From positions 2,978-66,977 of the forward strand of contig CAZOJE010000002.1 of assembly GCA_964580065.1 (NCBI GenBank): a stretch of 64,000 nucleotides of DNA, given 5' to 3'. The notes under the pieces are model-generated. The model ran no database searches. It was not told the origin of the DNA and worked only from the letters and a program-made list of their open reading frames with translations. Of the stretch, positions 9,383 through 16,533 are shown in pieces. Position 1 is the stretch's first letter, and each line of letters begins with the position of its first letter. The position numbers and the translations under genes are program-made. Source of the DNA: an uncultured Candidatus Saccharibacteria bacterium (lineage in GTDB: Bacteria > Patescibacteriota > UBA1384 > DTJR01).

Positions 9383-9396
9383 CAAAAGCAAATTAT
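9383..9396. repeat. Right copy of the 14-bp direct repeat CAAAAGCAAATTAT
   Basis: Identical to 6621-6634. Confidence 0.5.
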
Positions 9397-9449
9397 GGTG
9401 AAAATTAGTTCGAGGGGAGCTCACACCTAGGTCGAAAATAAAGAGCCAA

Positions 9450-10118
9450 ATGGCTCAAAGAGGTAAAATGAAAAAAGCAATGACGATTGTTGCAGGAATG
9501 GCCTTAATTGGCTTGGCTACTCCTGTCTACGCCGCAGACACTGCCACTGATTTAACCAATAAAATCATGGCAAATGTCTCGAGCGACCTTCAAAAATCGG
9601 GGATCAAGGCGAATCTTGCAGGTTCGGCTAACCCGTGTTGCATAAGTGGTGGCACATGCTGCGCTAATGGTGGCAGCAATATTACCAATATCAACACTAA
9701 TAACAATACTTCGAGCAATTCGAATAGCATTGCGGTTAATGTTGGAAGCAAGACCTCTGACACTGGCGGAGCAGCCGCTTCAGCCGGTGGTGGAGCTTCA
9801 GCTGGTAATGGGGCCGCCGCTTCAAGTTCAGCCGCTGCCGCCGCTGGCAATGCCAGCGCTTCAGCGTCTGGAGCCGCTTCAGCCGGTACAAATGGAGCTT
9901 CAGCTTCTAGCGCCGCAGCTGCTTCAGCTGGTACAACTAAAGCTAGTACGACCGCAAAGGTTGCTGTTGCCAAAAAGACTGTTAGCAAACCGGCCGAATT
10001 ACCAAAAACCGGTTTTCCGGTTGCACCTGCTGCGGTCGCTTCAGTGGCCGTTAGCGGAGCTTCAGCTGCCGCTTTAGCAATCAGAAAGAAGCTCGCTTTC
10101 ATACGAGAGAATCTTTAA
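9450..10118 (+). CDS. LPXTG-motif cell-wall-anchored surface protein, a sortase substrate
   Basis: N-terminal signal peptide; a Cys-rich CCISGGTCCANGG motif; an Asn/Ser-rich tract; an Ala/Ser/Gly-rich low-complexity region. The C-terminal LPKTG (nt 9999-10013) is followed by a 23-aa hydrophobic segment and RKK, a classic sorting signal. Confidence 0.65.
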   Translation: MAQRGKMKKAMTIVAGMALIGLATPVYAADTATDLTNKIMANVSSDLQKSGIKANLAGSANPCCISGGTCCANGGSNITNINTNNNTSSNSNSIAVNVGSKTSDTGGAAASAGGGASAGNGAAASSSAAAAAGNASASASGAASAGTNGASASSAAAASAGTTKASTTAKVAVAKKTVSKPAELPKTGFPVAPAAVASVAVSGASAAALAIRKKLAFIRENL

Positions 10119-10143
10119 TTGCTCGACTGCCGCACGAAAAAAA

Positions 10144-10175
10144 GAAAAACTCCGGTTCGCCGGAGTTTTTCTTTT
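10144..10175 (+). terminator. Intrinsic terminator after the LPXTG gene; bidirectional in form
   Basis: AAAAACTCCGG ttcg CCGGAGTTTTT, a perfect 11-bp stem with an A-run before and a T-run after. Confidence 0.65.
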
Positions 10176-10210
10176 TGTCTTTTTCGGGAAAAAACGATAC
10201 AATTACCCTG

Positions 10211-11182
10211 ATGAAAAAAGAAGAATTAGCCAAACTGCTAAAAATTGACGATAAAACTCGTGAAGCCGAGGAAATTCAGCAAAAAATGCTCGAAGAGGGC
10301 TTTTGGAATGCTCGAGAATTATCCGCTAAACTAAGCCAGCGATTGGCTTATTTAAATGATTTTTTAACTAAATTTGCCAATAGCGAAACCGAAGCAGAAT
10401 TAGCCGATTTGGAAAAAGATGCTTTGTTCGACGAAGAATTTGACGAAATGGCAACTATTTTATCAATTCATGCCGGTGCCGGCGGTACCGAAGCGCAAGA
10501 TTGGGCCCAAATGCTTGAAAGAATGTATCTGCGTTATTGCGAAAAGGAAAATTTCTCGGCGACAATTCTTGATTCGTCCGAAGGCGAAGAAGCAGGTATA
10601 AAAAGTTGTTCGATCAAAATCGACGGGATTAATGCGTATGGTAAGCTAAAATCGGAAAATGGCGTTCATCGGCTAGTCCGAATCAGCCCGTTTGATGCCG
10701 ATAAAGCCCGCCATACATCTTTCGCTTTAGTGGAGGTGATTCCGGAATTTGACGATATCGGTGATGTTGATATTGATGAAAAAGATCTCAAGGTTGACGT
10801 TTTTCGCTCTGGCGGACACGGTGGGCAATCGGTTAACACAACTGATTCGGCGGTCAGAATCACTCATTTGCCAACCAAAATTACGGTTTCGGTGCAAAAT
10901 GAGAGATCGCAGCTGCAAAATCGCGAAACGGCCATGAAAATCTTAAAAATCAAGCTTAAGAAAAAAATGCTTGATAGTCAAAAAGAAAAAGAACGCGACA
11001 TCAAGGGTGGCCATATTTCGGCTGAATGGGGCAATCAAATACGATCGTATGTCTTGCAACCGTATCAACAGGTAAAGGATCATCGTACGCAATTTGAGTC
11101 AGCCAATCCCGAAGCAGTTTTGGATGGCGATTTAAATGGATTTATTGACGCTTATTTGAAGTGGCAACACGAAAAAAATTGA
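10211..11182 (+). CDS. prfB: Peptide chain release factor 2
   Basis: SPF tripeptide and GGQ motif (SGGHGGQSVNTT). The ORF is uninterrupted from TTG 10175; ATG 10211 (MKKEELAKLL) is the likely start. No internal in-frame TGA programmed +1 frameshift site is visible. Confidence 0.85.
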   Translation: MKKEELAKLLKIDDKTREAEEIQQKMLEEGFWNARELSAKLSQRLAYLNDFLTKFANSETEAELADLEKDALFDEEFDEMATILSIHAGAGGTEAQDWAQMLERMYLRYCEKENFSATILDSSEGEEAGIKSCSIKIDGINAYGKLKSENGVHRLVRISPFDADKARHTSFALVEVIPEFDDIGDVDIDEKDLKVDVFRSGGHGGQSVNTTDSAVRITHLPTKITVSVQNERSQLQNRETAMKILKIKLKKKMLDSQKEKERDIKGGHISAEWGNQIRSYVLQPYQQVKDHRTQFESANPEAVLDGDLNGFIDAYLKWQHEKN

Positions 11183-11237
11183 AAAATCCTTTAATTAACG
11201 ATAAATTTAATCAAATAACTAATTTAAGAGGAGAAAA

Positions 11238-11546
11238 ATGGCCTTCGACAAAGCAAAACAGCTCTATCAACTACAAAAAAAAGCCAAACAGGTGCAAAAA
11301 GAACTGAAAGAGACAGAGATTGAAGCAAGAAGCACCGACGACATGGTAATGGTGGTAATAAGTGCTGATCAAAAAATTAAATCGGTTGAAATCAATGAAG
11401 ACTTGTTAAAGCCGGAGAAAAAGAAAGATTTAGAAGACAAACTAGTCAAAGTAATTTCCGAAGCCATGAGCCGATCCCAAGCCGTTGCGGCGGAAAAAAC
11501 CAAAAGCTTAATGGGTGATATGGGCCTTAATATTCCAGGGATGTAA
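11238..11546 (+). CDS. ybaB: Nucleoid-associated protein YbaB/EbfC
   Basis: About 100 aa with a coiled N-terminus and a C-terminal ...GLNIPGM typical of the family; AGAGGAG Shine-Dalgarno. Confidence 0.75.
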   Translation: MAFDKAKQLYQLQKKAKQVQKELKETEIEARSTDDMVMVVISADQKIKSVEINEDLLKPEKKKDLEDKLVKVISEAMSRSQAVAAEKTKSLMGDMGLNIPGM

Positions 11547-11548
11547 AA

Positions 11549-12109
11549 ATGTATTTAATTGTTGGATTGGGCAATCCGGGGAACGAATATGCGCAAACGC
11601 GTCACAATGTTGGTTTTGATTTTATTGACGATTTAATCAAGAAAATTGATTTTCCTGTCGGCTCAATTACTCTCAAAAATCAGTCCAAATTTGAAAGCAT
11701 AATTGGCGAAACAACAGTCGATGGCGAAAAGATCATTTTAGCTAAACCGCAGACATTTATGAATTTATCCGGTCAGGCAGTCAAAAAAATTACTGATTTT
11801 TATAAAATCAGTAACGAAAATATTATCGTTGCTTGCGACGATGCTAATATGGAGCTAGGCAAAACGAGAATTAAAATTTCGGGTGAAGATGGCGGTCACA
11901 ACGGTCTAAAATCAATTATTTCTTCAGTAGGCCCGAATTTTTGGCGCGTTCGGATAGGCATAGGCCAAGGTAATATTGCGTTAGAAAATTATGTTTTGGC
12001 CAAATTTTCTGCTGACGAAAGGCAAAACATAGATCTAGCGATTGACAAAGCGACCCAAGAAGTGATAAACTCATTATCTAAAAATTACTTAGAAAATAAA
12101 ACAATTTAA
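11549..12109 (+). CDS. pth: Peptidyl-tRNA hydrolase
   Basis: N-terminal LIVGLGNPG...YAQTRHNVGF signature. Confidence 0.9.
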   Translation: MYLIVGLGNPGNEYAQTRHNVGFDFIDDLIKKIDFPVGSITLKNQSKFESIIGETTVDGEKIILAKPQTFMNLSGQAVKKITDFYKISNENIIVACDDANMELGKTRIKISGEDGGHNGLKSIISSVGPNFWRVRIGIGQGNIALENYVLAKFSADERQNIDLAIDKATQEVINSLSKNYLENKTI

Positions 12110-12171
12110 TCCGCTCTTTTAGAGCGACAAGTGGGACCTCGAAAAGAGGGTTTGACCACGGGGAGGTATGT

Positions 12172-13044
12172 ATGGCAAAGAAAAAACAAGAAGTCGGACA
12201 AGAGGAAAATCTGGCGATTTCCGAGGAAGAACTCGACAAGGAAGAAACCGAGCAAGAATCGGCCACTGATCAGGAGGCCGAATTAGAAGTGGTAGAAGAA
12301 CAAACCGATACGGAAGATGTTGCACCGGCTGAATTAGAAAGTATTCATACAGATACAGAAACGGCTGAAGAGGCGACAAAAGAAGCCGCCAAGCAAGAAA
12401 AAAAAGCGACAAAAAAAAGCAAAACCAAAAAACAAGCAAAAAAATCTGCTAGATCAAAAAAATACCTAGAAAAAACCGAACTTGTTGACCATAAGAAAAA
12501 ATATTCTGTCGCGGAAGCCGTCAAATTAGTCAAAGAATTATCTTTTAGCAAGTTTGACGGTACTGTAAGTTTGGCTTTAAAGCTGGAAAAAGCCAAAAAA
12601 GCGGAAGATGCGATAAGAGGGACGATTAAATTGCCCCATGGCACCGGAAAAAAACAAAAAGTTGTTGTGGTCACAGAAGAAATAATCGAAGATATTAAAA
12701 AGGGCTCGCTTGACTTTGATATCTTGGTTTCAACTCCGGAAATGATGCCGCGGCTTGGCGTTTTAGCCAAAGTCCTCGGACCAAAAGGTAAAATGCCTAA
12801 TCCTAAGGATGGTACCGTGGTTGAAGACCCCACGGCAGTGATCGAAGATTTAAGCGAAAAAATTGTCCGCTACCGAACAGATGCTGGTCGCAATATTCAT
12901 CTTCCTGTTGGCAAAGTGTCTTGGGATGCAGAAAAATTAGAAGAAAATATTAACTTTGTTCTAAAATCTCTTATAAGATTCAAAAAAGAATCGGCTACTT
13001 TGAGCCCGACAATGGGCCCTGGCGTTCATCTTGACATCAAATAG
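12172..13044 (+). CDS. rplA: 50S ribosomal protein L1 with a ~95-aa acidic-then-lysine-rich N-terminal extension
   Basis: The canonical L1 core starts at ...KKYSVAEAVKLVKELSFSKFDGTVSLALKL... The N-terminal 95 aa are low-complexity (E/D-rich, then K-rich). No rplK lies upstream; pth does. Confidence 0.8.
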   Translation: MAKKKQEVGQEENLAISEEELDKEETEQESATDQEAELEVVEEQTDTEDVAPAELESIHTDTETAEEATKEAAKQEKKATKKSKTKKQAKKSARSKKYLEKTELVDHKKKYSVAEAVKLVKELSFSKFDGTVSLALKLEKAKKAEDAIRGTIKLPHGTGKKQKVVVVTEEIIEDIKKGSLDFDILVSTPEMMPRLGVLAKVLGPKGKMPNPKDGTVVEDPTAVIEDLSEKIVRYRTDAGRNIHLPVGKVSWDAEKLEENINFVLKSLIRFKKESATLSPTMGPGVHLDIK

Positions 13045-13087
13045 GACGGTAGCTTAAGATTATAAAAGAAACTAACAAGGGGGGAAG

Positions 13088-14035
13088 ATGGGTCTAGAAG
13101 TGTCGAAAAAATCTGCCACTGTTGGATTGGTGGCCTTGGTGGCTGTTTTGGCTGCGGGAGGTTATAGTTTTTATAACATGTCACAGGTATCCGCTGATGT
13201 TGTTGGCGATACAGACATTAGCACTTACACTTCGGCTCTTTGCGGCAAGGGCAATCCGGTTGCGGGCTACTATAAAAAAAGTGTCGATGAGAATGTAACT
13301 TTTTTGCCAGAGTCAACGAGCTCGACTACAGCCAATAAGGCGGCTGCGGCTACAACCACAGCTACAGCTACTTCGACGACTTCGACTGAATTGTCATCGC
13401 TAAAAATATCGACCAAAACCAAAACCGAAGGCAGATATGTCGAGTTAACAACTATTGCCGGAGAAGACTCCCAGCAAAAATTTTCTGTCGGTATCAGTGC
13501 GGTCATCGCGTCGGGAACAGGATCCCTACAAACATTGAAAGCAGGCGACAAAATTAATTTTTATGTCAGAGTGAAAAATAATGCCGACACAACTTTGAGC
13601 CAAAAAGGAAGCGACCGGATTTATTTGACATTTTCAGATGCGGCCACAGGCAAAAACATTAGTTCGAGAATATTCACAGTCTCCAAGACCAATTCGAAAG
13701 CAATCTCAAAAGCCACTGCCAAAGCGAGCAAAGAAGAGTATCAAACTTTTGCCGTACCAAAGATTTTAGACGGCAAAACACTATCAGTTGGAGTAAAATA
13801 CTACGCTGGCGCTGAAAACAAGAGAACCATTTTCGGCAGAAGATCTTCAAAGAGTGCTTACTGGCTAATTGATAGCGGTTTCCTCGGTTATTGCAATCTT
13901 GACATGAAAAATGTTTTCATGCTTGGAGACACAAGCACAACCGACGGATGCGATGTTTCGGCTGGCGCTACGGCGACAACGACTGTCACAACCACCACAG
14001 CTACGCCTACGACTACCGTTACGACCGCAGATTGA
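13088..14035 (+). CDS. Hypothetical secreted/membrane-anchored protein with Thr-rich termini, inserted between rplA and rplJ
   Basis: N-terminal TM/signal segment, poly-Thr/Ala stretches, no known domain. Confidence 0.5.
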   Translation: MGLEVSKKSATVGLVALVAVLAAGGYSFYNMSQVSADVVGDTDISTYTSALCGKGNPVAGYYKKSVDENVTFLPESTSSTTANKAAAATTTATATSTTSTELSSLKISTKTKTEGRYVELTTIAGEDSQQKFSVGISAVIASGTGSLQTLKAGDKINFYVRVKNNADTTLSQKGSDRIYLTFSDAATGKNISSRIFTVSKTNSKAISKATAKASKEEYQTFAVPKILDGKTLSVGVKYYAGAENKRTIFGRRSSKSAYWLIDSGFLGYCNLDMKNVFMLGDTSTTDGCDVSAGATATTTVTTTTATPTTTVTTAD

Positions 14036-14108
14036 CCTAGCTGATAATTGATTTTAGCAAAAAGAGCCGATTGACGGCTCTTTTTGCGTTAAAATAGCAT
14101 AGAACCTG

Positions 14109-14136
14109 TTGACAAAAATAGGTTAACAGGTATAAT
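14109..14136 (+). promoter_or_regulatory. Near-consensus sigma70-type promoter for rplJ-rplL (TTGACA-16 nt-TATAAT)
   Basis: TTGACA at 14109-14114 and TATAAT at 14131-14136. Confidence 0.6.
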
Positions 14137-14142
14137 TTATTT

Positions 14143-14282
14143 CAGCCGAAGAAAGCCGGATCCGCAAGGATTAAAAACCCAAAAGGTGACCTGCCGAGGC
14201 AAATGCAAGGTGTTTCGAATAATGAGCATTTGTAATTCGGCCAAAAAGCCGAATTTTTTAATAAATTTTTCAAAGGAGACCG
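14143..14282 (+). promoter_or_regulatory. rplJ (L10) 5' leader containing an intrinsic terminator/attenuator hairpin; probable L10(L12)4 autoregulatory leader
   Basis: A ~140-nt untranslated leader with an 8-bp perfect stem, AATTCGGC caaaaa GCCGAATT, followed by TTTTTT (14235-14260) just before the rplJ Shine-Dalgarno AAAGGAG. Confidence 0.5.
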
Positions 14283-14804
14283 ATGGTTTTAACTAAAGGC
14301 AAAAAACAGGAAAAATTAGCCGAATTAAAAGAGCTGTTTTCAGATTCAGCCGCCGCCGTGGCAATTGATTATTCTTCTCTGAAGGCGAATGAATTCACTA
14401 AATTAAGAAAAAAGCTTAAAGCGGCTGACATTACGGCTAGCGTAACTAAAAATACGCTCGTGAAAAAAGCTTTAGCAGAAATTAATTTTACAATCGATCA
14501 ATCAATTTTGGACAAGCCAGTATTATTTGGTTTTGGTCAAGATGAGGTTGAAATGGCCAAAATCCTAACGGAATTTGCCAAGGAATTTGAAGCGGTCGAG
14601 ATACTTGGCGGAATTGTCAGGGGTGAAGCGGTTGACGCGGCTAAAATCAAAGTTCTTTCAACCTTACCGTCGAGAGAACAGTTGCAGGCGCAAGTTGTTG
14701 GCACGATTTCAGCTCCTTTGAGCGGTTTTGTCAACGTGCTTTCTGGCAATTTAAGAGGATTGGTCAATATTTTGAATCAATATAAAAATAAATTAGAAGG
14801 ATAA
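14283..14804 (+). CDS. rplJ: 50S ribosomal protein L10
   Basis: Length, position before rplL and conserved core. Confidence 0.85.
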   Translation: MVLTKGKKQEKLAELKELFSDSAAAVAIDYSSLKANEFTKLRKKLKAADITASVTKNTLVKKALAEINFTIDQSILDKPVLFGFGQDEVEMAKILTEFAKEFEAVEILGGIVRGEAVDAAKIKVLSTLPSREQLQAQVVGTISAPLSGFVNVLSGNLRGLVNILNQYKNKLEG

Positions 14805-14817
14805 TAGAGGAGAAAAA

Positions 14818-15264
14818 ATGGCAGAAGAAAAAAAAGAAGAAACCACTGTGGAAAAAGCAGAAAAAGAAACCAAGGAAACACCAGCAAAATTTGCTGACTT
14901 GGTAGAAAAAATCGAGAAAATGACCGTCGCCGATTTGGCCGAATTGGTTAAAGTTCTCGAAGACAAACTTGGCGTTAGCGCCGCTCAACCGATGATGGTT
15001 GCCGCTGGTGCTGCTGGTGCCGCCGCTCCAGCCGAAGCCGAGGAAGAAAAATCCAGCTATACCGTTATGCTTAAAGATGGTGGTGCTCAAAAAATCGCCG
15101 TCATCAAGGCCGTTAGAGAAATCAACCAAGACCTCGGTTTAGTTGACGCAAAAAATTTGGTTGAATCAGCTCCTAAGGAAGTTAAAAAAGACTTGCCCAA
15201 AGCTGAAGCAGAAGAAGCCAAGAAAAAACTCGAAGCCGCTGGCGCTACAGTTGAACTAGTCTAA
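14818..15264 (+). CDS. rplL: 50S ribosomal protein L7/L12 with a ~24-aa N-terminal extension
   Basis: ...[27 protein letters not shown]..., an Ala-rich hinge, and a C-terminal domain ending ...[13 protein letters not shown]. Confidence 0.9.
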   Translation: MAEEKKEETTVEKAEKETKETPAKFADLVEKIEKMTVADLAELVKVLEDKLGVSAAQPMMVAAGAAGAAAPAEAEEEKSSYTVMLKDGGAQKIAVIKAVREINQDLGLVDAKNLVESAPKEVKKDLPKAEAEEAKKKLEAAGATVELV

Positions 15265-15285
15265 TTGCTAAAACTATCTTAAACC

Positions 15286-15316
15286 CGAAGCCCCTGTGAA
15301 AGCAGGGGCTTTCGGT
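15286..15316 (+). terminator. Terminator after rplL
   Basis: CGAAGCCCCTG tgaaag CAGGGGCTTTCG hairpin 22 nt after the stop. Confidence 0.5.
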
Positions 15317-15341
15317 GCTAAAGTAGAGAAAATATACAAAA

Positions 15342-16493
15342 ATGTTTGAGTATAAAATAAAAAATAAATCCAAGATATCAAGAGCGAGAATCGGCGTTTT
15401 TTCAACCCCTCACGGCGATATCGAAACGCCGGTTTTCATGAGCGTTGGCACTGTGGGTGCGGTCAAAACGATGACGCCTAAAGATTTAGACGATCTTGAC
15501 GCCCAGATTATTCTTGCCAACACTTATCATTTATATTTGCGCCCGGGAGAAGAAATTATAAAAAAAGCGGGTGGTTTACATGGCTATACCCGTCGAGAAA
15601 AGCCATTTTTAACAGATTCGGGCGGCTTTCAGGTTTTTTCGCTCGGGGAAAGTCGCGTCAATAAAAACTCTTTCGCCGCAGTCAAACCGGCCAAGATTTC
15701 CGAAAAAGGCGTTAAGTTTTATTCGCATTTGGACGGCTCCGAGCATTTTATTAGTCCCGAAAAGTCAATCAAAATTCAGGAAGATTTGGGTGCTGACATA
15801 ATTATGGCTTTTGACGAGTGCCCGCCAGCCGATATAACGAAAAATGCTCTTAAAGAGTCGGTTGAAAGAACCCATCGTTGGTTATGTCGTTGTGTTAAAG
15901 CAAAAACCAGAAAAGATCAAGCCCTTTTTCCGATCTGCCAAGGAGGAACCGACTTAAAGCTTAGGCGCTATTCGGCCGAATATATCCAGAGATTTGATCT
16001 CCCGGGTAATACAATTGGTGGGGTATCGGTAGGCGAACCAAAGGAAAAAATTTACGAAATTGCTGATTTTTGTGCTAGTCTTTTGGACGAAAATAAACCT
16101 CGCTATCTCATGGGCATAGGGTATCCAGAAGACATTGTTGAAATTGTGCGACATGGAATTGATATGTTTGATTGTGTTTTGCCCTCAAGATTGGCTCGAC
16201 ACGGTGTTGTTTGGGTTAAAGCCCCTAAAAAGCAGGGGATTAAACTCAATGGATTGGGCTACAATTACGAGCAGGTGAATTTGTCGAATTCGGAACACAA
16301 AAATGATTTTGGGCCAATTGACAAAAAATGCAGTTGCTACACATGCAAATCGGGTTTTTCGAGGTCTTATATCAAACATCTCATCAGTGAACAGGAGCCC
16401 TTGGGGATACATTTAACAACTATTCACAATCTCGCTTTTACATTTGATCTGGTGAGTGATATAAAGGCAAAGATCAAACAAGACAAATTTTAA
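15342..16493 (+). CDS. tgt: Queuine tRNA-ribosyltransferase
   Basis: Tgt family N-terminus (RIGVFSTPHGDIETPVFMSVGT), DSGGFQ motif, and zinc site CSCYTC...H. Confidence 0.9.
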   Translation: MFEYKIKNKSKISRARIGVFSTPHGDIETPVFMSVGTVGAVKTMTPKDLDDLDAQIILANTYHLYLRPGEEIIKKAGGLHGYTRREKPFLTDSGGFQVFSLGESRVNKNSFAAVKPAKISEKGVKFYSHLDGSEHFISPEKSIKIQEDLGADIIMAFDECPPADITKNALKESVERTHRWLCRCVKAKTRKDQALFPICQGGTDLKLRRYSAEYIQRFDLPGNTIGGVSVGEPKEKIYEIADFCASLLDENKPRYLMGIGYPEDIVEIVRHGIDMFDCVLPSRLARHGVVWVKAPKKQGIKLNGLGYNYEQVNLSNSEHKNDFGPIDKKCSCYTCKSGFSRSYIKHLISEQEPLGIHLTTIHNLAFTFDLVSDIKAKIKQDKF

Positions 16494-16518
16494 TTTTACA
16501 TTCTCTATTTGGTATAAT
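16490..16518 (+). promoter_or_regulatory. Extended -10 promoter (TGGTATAAT) upstream of the first coupling-ATPase gene
   Basis: TGgTATAAT at 16510-16518; a weak TTTACA lies upstream at short spacing. Confidence 0.4.
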
Positions 16519-16533
16519 TACAAGTAGAGGAAA

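Noticed and set aside
10175-10210. TTG start and 12 extra codons of prfB; possible frameshift site.
   Set aside because: No TGA-containing shift site. ATG 10211 downstream of the terminator is a more plausible start, and the gene is intact in one frame.
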